Shown: in pieces, positions 12,317 to 22,615 of the stretch
How positions within the stretch are numbered: the first letter of the stretch is position 1
Layout: each line of letters starts with the position of its first letter
Assembly (NCBI GenBank): GCA_004764695.1
Contig: SMSO01000032.1
Location: 744,001-808,000 of the forward strand
Reading direction: 5' to 3'
Source of the DNA: Schizochytrium sp. TIO01
Lineage: Eukaryota > Protista > Bigyra: Labyrinthulomycetes
Length of the DNA stretch: 64,000 nucleotides
Notes under the pieces: model-generated
Seen by the model: the letters and a program-made list of their open reading frames with translations, nothing else
Told to the model about the DNA's origin: nothing
The model's database searches: none
Translations under genes and position numbers: made by a program

Positions 12317-14528
12317 TCTTTATCTCTGTTTTTTTCTCTCTCTTTCTTTTCAATAACTCGATCAATCTACTTCTTATGACAGAGACTATAGTGTCCAATA
12401 AGAGAAGAAAGGAAAAAGTCAAGCCGTAAGGAACTTACGGAACCTACGGAACTTCTGGCTACTGGCTTGGATAACCGCTACTGCTGAGGTTTAGCCTAGG
12501 AGGCAGATAAGAGTGGCAGGGATAAAGAAAGGGTCTTGATCAGATGAGGTTGGCTTTGGCTGTGGCTTTGGTTTGAGATTGAAGACGAAGTTGCGAATCA
12601 AATCGAAGTCGAGTACAAAGTTGAAGCAGAAGAAGAGAATGCGGGGAGTCGGGGAAAACGGAGAGCGAGAACCTGGTAAAGACCAGGAAGGTTTCAGGAA
12701 ATGGTGCGATTTTGATGGGGATAGATATATATATATAGATAGATGCAGCAGGTACTCCCTAAGCTAAGTTTTGGGAATTCAGGTGACTGGCTGCCAGGAT
12801 AAGAGTTAGTTCTCTGCTCTGCGGCAGTGGTGACACGGAATTGATCTGGGACCAGGCGCCTGAGGTTGACCAAGCTACTGACCCTCAGCGGGTGGCGACA
12901 GAATACGCTTCGCTGGAGAGACGAGACACCGGTTAGCAGAGATGGACCGTGTTTCTGGTTAATTTAGATTTGACGTGTGCAAAAGCAATTCTTCCTCTTA
13001 AAGTGAACAAGGTGCGCGCTCCCAAAGTGCTTTGATCGGGAGCTCGATCGCGACTTCTCTGCAATGGTTGGTTCACTTGAAGCACGTATCGTGAAACCAC
13101 GCAAGAGAGTTGTTCGATATGAGCCAAATGAGGTCAGCAAGGATTACTAGAGGGTCCTAACAGGTCAATCAATAGCAAGAGACAAGGAGATGAAACCCAT
13201 GAAACTCGTGAAACCCTGAGCGCAAGTAAGCTGCTGCTCCGGCACTGAGACCGCCAGAGCGTCTGCCAGCTAGATGATTAGGACTGGCGCTAGTGAGCAT
13301 CCGCTCGGGCTTGCCTCGAAACAGGGTGCTGCCAGGCAGCACCTTCCAGATGATTTGGCTCTGTTTGGTGCACAGAAATTGTGTGACCAATTGGTCTCGA
13401 ATTGAAGTCAAAAAAGGGATCTAATAGTCCCTATGTAAGTCTTACTTGATAGGTTAGTGGCGGTGTAACGGATCGACCGCATGATAAGCGATGTTGCGAT
13501 TGTTCAAAAAGAGTACAAGAAAGATATGCTGCCCTGTACAGGATGAACCCGCGGTATTTGAGCCTGACCAGCACTGCGGAGTTATAACATTTTTTTGCTA
13601 GAACCAGACCCGCTGGAGGTAACGAAGCACGAACCAACTTAATATGAATAGAATTTGTTGTAAATACTTTGCGTATCATGAAACACAAAATTTGGGAACC
13701 TCGGCAGTGGATCAAGTGACCCGGCATTTTGAGGAATCTTTGGGAAATACTGCGAAGTGAAGACGAAAAGGAGTGAACACTAGATAAGTAATGACAAAAA
13801 CATAAACAAAAAAGAACAAACAATTTAGAGTAACCAAGAGGGTAGGTAGGAAGAACCAGTATGGAGCAGCTGGCCTTAGAAGCTAGGACAGATTTATGAT
13901 AAAAATGGGTGAAGATCAGCTGCACAAATTGTGCAATGATCCGCAACCAGGGCAGGCCATAATGGTCATGATGTTTGCGCATAATTGGAACGGAACAACT
14001 GAAGAGGTTTTGGGGAAATGTTGCTTGTTATAGAGGTAGTAATCAGAGAGGGTCTATCGTAAAGAAGAAGAAAACAAACTCCTTGTGAGCGCTCCCTCAT
14101 GTTGCGTTGCGTTTGAGAGCTTATTTCATGCTTCTGCTTTTGCAACCTACAATTGTGGGGCTGGTTAATTCGCAAAAGTGATATATTGGAAACGAGAAAA
14201 CATCAAGAGAACTCAGCTCTTAAAGGTCACAGAATAATAGAGTCAACAAGTTCTGCTCAGCAGGTACATGAAGACAGAGCTAGCTCCAGTGTAGCAGTAA
14301 AGAAATCGAACCCATAACATTTTCATTTGTTTGGCCTCTAAATAATCAACACATGCTGCTGTTTCAAGAACTTTGATTGTTGGGAACTTGTACACATTTA
14401 CACCCAGAACATGTAGGCATTAATTGCTAGTGGCAGCTTGGGCGAGGCAGAACGGTATCTGAAGATTTTAGTCGATCTTCCATCTATACCAAGGCAACCT
14501 TATAACACATCGGCAGGAAGAGACGACC

Positions 14529-16850
14529 TTATGAGATTACACAGCATGCCTCGCCACTCCCTGTGCCTCCGCTTTTCGTGAAAATGCCTTCAAGCATATC
14601 TAATTCTGCAAGATCAAGCTCTTCGTCAAGCTGAACATGAACACCGAGGGGGGTTTCCACCTCAAGTTCAGGAGAGTCGAGGATAGTTTTTTGCTTAACA
14701 AAATCAGGCCATCCTTCAAACACACGGACTACAGATTGGTTACCAAAATGAAGTGCAATTTCGTAAGGGGTGAAAGGACAATCACTGACTGGCTTTACAA
14801 AAGCACCATAATCAAGCAAACGCTGCAGCGCAGCCCCGGCATCGTAACGCGCACAGTAATGCATCGCGGTCCATCCACTATCATCTGCCTTATCCATTCG
14901 CACACCTCGCTCAACAAGAGAAGAGATGTGTTCTGGGTCGTCAGAGAGTACAGCACAGTGCAACGCTGTTAAGCCTTCAGTACCCAAGGCCCTCACGTCT
15001 GCCTTTTTAGAAATGAGATACTCCACAAGATCAGTATGCCCAGGACGCATCACTGCATAAAATAACGGGGTCCAGCCACGACCATCACGTACGTTAACAT
15101 CGAGCTGGCGGTCGAGAAGTTCAGTCACAAGCTCCGGATCAGCGTATCGGCAAGCCATGTGAAGGGCAGAAATCTTATATTCTTCACTTGCAACCCGGAC
15201 GTTCGCCTGTGCATTGATAAGCATTTGCACAATCTCATGATCATTGTTTCTCAAGGCATAGTGCAAAGGTGTAAAGCCGAAGTGATCTGCGTCGTCCACA
15301 GCGGCGCCAGCCTCTAGAAGTAGGAATGTACACTGTTGACTTCCTCGCTTGACCGCAAGAGATAGAGCAGTCTCACCAGTATTACCTGCAGGATTGTCAA
15401 TCTCTTCACCAAACGTACGAAGATCGCGTGCCAAGCGTTTATCGTCGCGGTTCCAAGCTGCTACGTGTAAACGAGTCCAACCAATCTCCATATTAGGGCG
15501 CCAAGTCACTAAGCCTGCAGGACTGTGGTATAACTCCAAGGTCTCCTTTGATGGTTCTTCATAAATGCGAAAGTTGTTACGCGCCACTCGTGCTCCAGAT
15601 GCAGTAACCTTCAGCAAGCGCTGGATCTGTTGCAAGTGAGCATCCCGAAGGGAGTGAACATCATTGTACACTTGAGAATTTGACTTGTGACGTCTATCCT
15701 CATCGTCGAGCTTCTTTCCACGAAACGATTGCGAAAAGAACCTGGAAATTCTCTGTACACCGGAAACTCGCGAGGTACGTGTAGAAGAGGATGCCAAGGA
15801 AAGCTTTTTTGAAGAAGCAATAGGAAAATCATGTGTGCTCACCGAGCGCATTGAGGGTGTTCCACTTCTTGCAGACATGCGATTTGAAGAAAGGCGTTCT
15901 GTAGGGAGAGCGGCCCCGGTTCGACCTGTTGACTCTCGCAGAACTGATGAATGAGGGGACTTTGCAGCGACATGATCCTCACTTTGATCATCATCATCAG
16001 AGAGATCTTCAGTATCAACCTCTTCCAAATGTTTGACACTCGCACGTTGCTCGTCTGTCCGCTTGATACTTAAACGTTGCTCCTCGCGACTTTCGCTGCG
16101 TGGGATTCCCTTTGAAAACATATCTGAAACAGACCTTAGTGATGCGTTACTGTCAAAAGCCTCACTCGCACGACTCGCAAGTGATTCACGTAACCCTGAA
16201 CCTTTTTGCGTAGGAGTGTTTTCTTTTGCCTCTGTCGCAGCAGCACTGTTTTGCTCAACTTCCTCGTGATGCTCCTCAATCACAACTGGCGCAATTGCAG
16301 CTTGATCATTAGATTTGGACTGACGCTTGCTGCTGCCCCTTTTGCTTGCCAGAGAGAACTTGCGGCTTTGTGATGCTGACCCAACTGAGTTTCGAAGCAC
16401 GGACTCCTGGTGTGCATGTTCTAAATCATCTTCAAGGTCTACATCCTCAAAGCTATGTGCTGGCTCATCGCGTTGGTTTCGTGATACGTGACGCGCCGGG
16501 AAGCTTTCGGCCTCTGGTCCTGGCCCATGTGGCACGAACGATGACACAGTGCGCTCTCTTTGAGTACCAGGTTTGCCGCCATCTGCCCCACGATTCAAGT
16601 ATGAGAACAACGGTGCTTCGCTGGGGCCCTTTTTGGCTGGGTTGGTGGCTGATCTAAGGGCCTCATCGCTTTCAAGGTATGAAAACATTGGCCCCTCCTG
16701 CTCCAAAAATGCAGTGTGCTCGGCTTTTGGCAAGCCGCAGTGGACACATCTTTCTAAATACTTAAATGTTGGGCTTGGCTCGTACCCAGGGCACTTATCC
16801 AGAGCATTTTGCTTTTGCCTCCTCCTACGCGCTGCGCCTTTCGAGCTCAT
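14529..16850 (-). CDS. Ankyrin-repeat protein with N-terminal C-x14-CxxC-x6-H motif and C-terminal CaaX (CCVIS)
   Basis: Repeated GxTxLH-type ankyrin motifs (GWTRLH, GETALS, GFTPLH, SALH, GWTPLF, GLTALH, GWTAMH, FTPYE). First ATG is at 16850 (MSSKG); the track start at 16883 is TTG. Confidence 0.9.
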   Translation of the reverse strand: MSSKGAARRRRQKQNALDKCPGYEPSPTFKYLERCVHCGLPKAEHTAFLEQEGPMFSYLESDEALRSATNPAKKGPSEAPLFSYLNRGADGGKPGTQRERTVSSFVPHGPGPEAESFPARHVSRNQRDEPAHSFEDVDLEDDLEHAHQESVLRNSVGSASQSRKFSLASKRGSSKRQSKSNDQAAIAPVVIEEHHEEVEQNSAAATEAKENTPTQKGSGLRESLASRASEAFDSNASLRSVSDMFSKGIPRSESREEQRLSIKRTDEQRASVKHLEEVDTEDLSDDDDQSEDHVAAKSPHSSVLRESTGRTGAALPTERLSSNRMSARSGTPSMRSVSTHDFPIASSKKLSLASSSTRTSRVSGVQRISRFFSQSFRGKKLDDEDRRHKSNSQVYNDVHSLRDAHLQQIQRLLKVTASGARVARNNFRIYEEPSKETLELYHSPAGLVTWRPNMEIGWTRLHVAAWNRDDKRLARDLRTFGEEIDNPAGNTGETALSLAVKRGSQQCTFLLLEAGAAVDDADHFGFTPLHYALRNNDHEIVQMLINAQANVRVASEEYKISALHMACRYADPELVTELLDRQLDVNVRDGRGWTPLFYAVMRPGHTDLVEYLISKKADVRALGTEGLTALHCAVLSDDPEHISSLVERGVRMDKADDSGWTAMHYCARYDAGAALQRLLDYGAFVKPVSDCPFTPYEIALHFGNQSVVRVFEGWPDFVKQKTILDSPELEVETPLGVHVQLDEELDLAELDMLEGIFTKSGGTGSGEACCVIS

Positions 16851-17610
16851 TTTCTCCGTTCGACTATTTCGCAGCTCGTCCAACTATAGTCCAAGTACCT
16901 TCGTGTTGCGCTTCGATTGGCGTACAACAGCTGTGATCTCAATGCTAAAATCAACGCAGCAAGAGCGCCTAATTAGTAGCAAGCAGGATTTGCAGCGCAC
17001 GTGCACCGCCTCGGCACGTGCCGATCTCCGCGGCGGCTTCGCGCTGAGCGGGTGGTCTCGAGGCTCGCTTAAGCTCGCGTTATCTCTATAGGAGCACGCT
17101 CGCCAAGCTCTTGCACTGCCGGCGCTCGAGCTCGCTTCTTTGATTGTCTGTCTGCGGGTCCTGTCTGTCTGCCTGCCTGTCTGCGAGTCTGTCTAAGATG
17201 CTGTGATCATCGAAAATAGTTAGTAAATGAATGAGTGAATGAGTGAAAAAAGTTATCCCTCCCACTAATGACTGTTACGATTAATTCCTAAAGAGTGCGC
17301 GAACTTGCGGAAAGAAGTGCCTTTTCTTCTCACTTTAGGTTCGCAGGATTATTACTTAGTGGGCTTTTGTGCTAGAGATTCTTGTAAGCATTTGGTGTCC
17401 TATTGCATGGGTCCCTAATGGTTTTCCTAGCACTGGGGCAAATTGAAAGAGAGGATCGATTGAGCAAAGTTTTGTTTTTTTGTTTTTTAAAGACATGCGA
17501 CTATTTGTCTCCATTGCCTTTCTCGTTGATGTCCCATTCCCATCTCAGTCACGGTTGCAAAGCTCTTGCGTTTTGCGAGTCCAAGCAGAAGGTGCGGCCC
17601 GTAGAGCTCG

Positions 17611-17650
17611 CTCTCTCTCTCTCGCTCGCTCGCTCGCTCGCTCGCTCGCT
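17611..17650. repeat. Compound (CT)n(CGCT)n microsatellite
   Basis: ctctctctctctcgctcgctcgctcgctcgctcgctcgct. Confidence 0.9.
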
Positions 17651-20600
17651 TGCTGGCTGGCTGATTAAACCCCCCTGTGGCAGAGCTGAGTCGAGAGCTC
17701 ACTAAACCGATAAACCTGAACTTTAAAAGTACACGACTACCGTGACTTATACCCTCGTTTGATTCTAAATGCTTGAAGCAGTAGCACACAAGTTTTCATG
17801 ATCTACAGGCAAGGACTTCTCTCCCCGAATACTACACGTTGCTCAAAGCAGCAACGATTGGCGTTGAACCCCCCCCTACTGCGGCAATGGCCCGCGCTGG
17901 TTTGGTATGAATACCTATGGTGTACTTTCTTTTGACAAGCTTGTTTGTTTATTCGATCAATTGCTCATGTCTTTTTTGTAGGAAAGCTCGTCGATCAAGT
18001 TCGTAATTCGGAAGGAATCTATCCCTGCACAGCAGCCCCAAAGACTGACAGGCGAGGCCTTCAACACTATAGCCTTGCACAAGTGTAAGCGCCCGGTGCA
18101 ACAGCAAGCAACAGCGTGGAGCGAAGGAGACGACGCTAGCAAGAGCGAGTGCTTCGATGGCTTATTACTTCTTGCTTGCCTTTCCCTCGCTCACTCGCAC
18201 ACAACTGAAGTTTCGATTGAATTACCGTGACTTTCTATCATTGAGCACACTACTGTGCCGGTAGACAGTCCTAGCTTAAAAGACTTCCCTCGGGCTGTAA
18301 TTTTTTTTCTTCAACCAAAGCCCTGCTGGCAACTAATTTCCAAATAAGTACTACTGCTAACAACATCAAAGACAAAACTGAAGACGGAAAGAGGCGAAAA
18401 GAGCGACGTTCTGTTCAATAAGTAAGTAGGTACCTGCTTTCCTATCTATCACCAGTAAGTAGGTAGGAAGGTAGTTAGTTAGAAGAACTGGAGCTAATAC
18501 AACTACATTTTTACTTGAGTTTTTGCCCAAATGAAGGGTTTCTGGGAATATACCCCCTGGCTAGTTGGAGTCGAGGCACTGCAGCAGTTGCGCGCGCTGG
18601 TCGGCTGGGCGCTCTGCAACGATCATCATCCCGCCAGTGGGGTCCAAAAGCAAGAGGTCGATAATGGCGGTGGTGAAGAAGTGAAGCAATTTGCTATAAT
18701 ATGGATGAAGTGGGATGGTCAGCACGTGCATGGAAGCTAGAGACGTATAACGAAATCCCTACTCGATCAGAAACAAGCCATTTGTATAAGCGAATTTTGA
18801 GACGAAAGGGGGCACCCTAGGATAACTTTCCGATAAGCTCTGAATTGCGTTGTGCAAAAGCTGCGTAACCAAAATGACCAAAATGGCAGAAAAGGAAAAG
18901 ACAAACTATTTATGGAGCTCGCCACAGCTGTGCAACTTGTGCAGGATAATACGCAGAGGTGATACACTATTGGTAGCCTCCGCGAGCAAGTCTTTCTGGA
19001 GCTGAGTTAGAATGCCAATTCGGGCCCTTTGCGTGGGGCCTTGCACATCATCCTTTTCTTCTTCTTCCTAACATCCTAACATGGTAGTAGTAGTGTTAAA
19101 TGGGAGTGTCAGTAACACTACGAGTGGAGGAACGAATGCAAAATCGTGACCATTATCACGGCTTCAAGGACTTGTGTCCTTCCGCCGGGTCGCGTGCCGG
19201 CACCTGGGTTTCTTAAGAAGGATGTGCCGAGCTTCAATCTCACTTCGCGTTCGTCGCTGCAGATTAAGGATCTCTGACACAACACTGCCGTAGCTTAAAG
19301 CGAGCTGAGCGCTGCTCATACGATCTGCTCACACACTGTAAGAATCACCCAACCAGCAGATTGGCAGATTGGTTGGTTAATGGAATAAAATTAAGATAAT
19401 TTTAGCTTTTGAACATAGCATTGCCAACAAAAGTAATGCAAGGATTTTAGTTTACATTCTGCTGGATAGCATTGCAGGAAAACAGAGATCTGATTCCATT
19501 GCTGGTCATTATTTAAAGAACGCGAGAGGCCAAACGTGGAATTCCCTTGGCTACCTCAAGAGGGGATCAACTTCAAGTATAGCCAAAATATTGAGCGTGT
19601 GCCAACTTTGCATAGTACGCACTGAAGAATTCATTCCTGCGTGCACATCATAAGAGGAAACGATAAAATAGTTGTAAATGACAGACTAAAGTTTAAAAAT
19701 TGCTAGCACAAACTTGAAGCTACACGGCCCTGAAAAGAGAAGCTGCAGCATATCAATAGTGTCCGGGTGTTTGGGCATGCGTTCGACAAATTCAAGTTGG
19801 GATTCAGGCCTAATAAATAGGTATTATGCTAATTACCTCTAGAGAAGCGGGGTGTGTATTTAGAGATTCAAATAAACGGTGTGCACAGTAAAATTTCAAG
19901 CTGCGGTGCCACCATTCTCGTAAGAACACTGGAAATTTTCTACGCATCAATGATTGCTCTATTATTTTAACTTGAAGCAGCTTCTAGTTTTACAAATCAA
20001 GGTCGTTTGACGCTAGAAGCTAGCAGGATTTTCAGTTTGATCCTTCAATAGTATCTCCTTGAAAACGAAGGATCGTGGGGTCTTGGAAAAGGACCAATGA
20101 AACGTATTTGTACTAAAAATATCAAGCTTTAAATCTACTAGCGAATTACTTTCACATAAAGTATACAGGTCTCCTAAAAGGTAAGAGATCTTTGAACAGC
20201 CACAACACATGATGTGAATGTCTTTGTGAGCTTAGTCTGACCAAGCCTGTACACTTTCTATTCATTCGCTCCTTTACATGCAAATACGTCTCTGAAAGAA
20301 TAGAATGGGCCCATGCTTCAACAGGGCTGAAATTACTTCATAAAAAGTGAGACTTTAGCAAGAAATTAACAGCGAGGTCAGTCCAAATTGCTCTGTTTGC
20401 GAAAAGGATTCCAAGGGAGATTATTATTTATAATTTGAAATGATCATGATGAAAGATGCGTATCTTCATCCTTTATCATGGATGATATTGGAAAAGTTTA
20501 TCACTCATAGGACTGGTTTGATACTTGCAAAACATAGATTTTCTATGAAGGTAGGTTCGATGAATAAGTCATAGTACTAAATTTCTAGAATGACAAAACA

Positions 20601-21210
20601 AGGTGCAGAGCTTGATTTCATTAATTTGTTATTATTCTTTTTTATCTACAACAGCCGATGTTCGAAGTAGTATGTATATGCAAATGTCCCAAATTTTGTT
20701 CTTTTCCTCAGTGACAATGAGAAAAAACTGAATAATTTCTAAATGTTTAGGTTTCTTTTTGAAAATGTAAACGATATGTTTTGCTTTGTAGTTGAGTAGA
20801 ATGGAGGGCCATGTTTTACAAAGATTCATGGTCACGAAATCCTATCCTCAATGAATGAAGATACAACAACATGGAAGGTCCAAACTTTGGAAAAGAAAAT
20901 CCAGGATCAAGTTTTTACTTTTATAGCTTTTGCGATCCACTGCATAACACGTTTCATGAAAGCGTAAAGCGAACTCCGTGTTGAAGAAAAACCGCTTGCC
21001 TTATGAGTGATCGAAGTGAGCAGCTTAAACTGCATTCCAAAAGATGTAATTTACACATCCTCAATGTGAAGATCAAGCTGAGATGAACGTAAGCGGTTTC
21101 TAGAAACGTTTTATGTTTTTAGATTATGGTACTATTTTCGCCTAAGCAACAGACATATATTTTGTTTTCGCAACTGCCATACAATATGATGACATTTGTA
21201 TTGGTGAAGT

Positions 21211-22615
21211 TTACGATGAGTGCTTCTTCTTTGATGCAGCATGAGCCTCGTCCTCAACCTTCTGAGCAATGTCTCCATAGAATCGAGTCACCATCTTCAA
21301 CGCCTCTTCGCGAGTTTCCGGGAGCACGGAGCAAAGTTCGCGCTGCTGCTCACCTTCTACTTCAAAGGTGAAGTTAAACGAATTTGAAACATGAGTGTTG
21401 GTGGCTTCAGGGTTCACCACAGACGCAAGGACCTCCACATGGATAGATGGATTTTTATGAAGGCTCTTTGACGTAAAGAGCACACAAGATTCAAAGTGCA
21501 CAAGGTCACCAACATCCACAGGTGTACGGAAAACAACTTCGTCTACCTCACGAAATCGCGGGACTGACCCTCCGAAGACATAGGCTGTGGCATATGCAAG
21601 CTCATAGGCACGGCGCACGAGAAATCCACCAAAAATACGCCCAGCAGTGTTTCTTTGCTGAGGCTGCATGATGAAAATGTTGGAGTGCCTTGTCTGCGAG
21701 ACTGGGATGCGGTTTTTCATGGCCACTGAAGGCATGAACAAACGTGGCTTGGAATCAGCATAAAGCTCCTCCGCAGCTTGCTCAATGGTAATAACAGCAG
21801 TCTCGTCGCTCGCCTCACTGGTCAGAATACCCTCCAGATGTGACCGGTACAGCTTGGCATCCTTATGCTGCGTACGGAGAAGTTTGCGGTATTCTGCGCG
21901 ACGACGGCCCATCCTCAAAGGCCTCCTTCTCCTCTTCAGTTACCGGCTGCAGAGGGTTGATCCGTCGGGCGCGACCACTGTTCTTGTCACGAGCAACAAA
22001 AGTGAAGAGGGCCTCAAGCCACGGTTCGTCAGACCAGTTTGACCTGGCCTGCATTTGAATCTCCATTGATGAAGAACCTACCCAAGAGACCTTTCCGGAG
22101 AGTGTGATATCATGCTCAACCTTGGCTCGGTGAGCCATAGTGATGCGATCAATTGAAGCTGTCACAAGCATGACGGAGTCAAAGTTCGCATGTGTTGCCG
22201 AACAGTGACGAAACGCAATGTTGCCTGCAAGGGCATCCAAATCTTCTACAATGCGTCCAACGCGAACATTTCCCCAAGGGTTTAAGTACTTGTCGCGTAA
22301 AGAAGAATCCTTAGTGAAATTGTATGCGACTTCGGTTGCCATGGGTTCTTGTGCCACGAGTTCTTCAAGTTCCTCCGGTTTACGCAAAGACTTCTCACGT
22401 TTCACCTCAGATCTGCGTTGTCTCTTCGCAGCATCTCGCAGTTCCCACAGAAGGTTCACAATCGGCGTTTTGTGTTGTCCAGCTGCACGCGGGTTTTCGC
22501 CATCGTCTTCATTCACTTCATCAGCAGGGGGTAGGGTCTTGATGCCGCGGAAGCAGCCAACTGCCTGAGGCCGCAGCCTCACGCGCCCTTGTCTAAACAA
22601 AGCGGTAGCGAGCAT
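21211..22615 (-). CDS. ACOT9: Double hot-dog acyl-CoA thioesterase (ACOT9-like), likely mitochondrial; reading frame broken by +1 near 21910
   Basis: The 5' ORF has YLNPWGNVRVGRIVEDLDALAG, VTASIDRI, SWVGSSSMEI and FTFVARD. The overlapping 3' ORF has PQQRNTAGRIFGGFLVRRAYELA, FRTPVDVGD and NSFNFTF. Removing one base joins them into one ACOT9-type protein. ATG at 22615 gives an Arg-rich presequence-like start (MLATALFRQGRVRLR). Confidence 0.88.

Noticed and set aside
13431-13982. 183 aa minus-strand ORF
   Set aside because: Composition typical of AT-rich non-coding DNA; no motif or codon bias.
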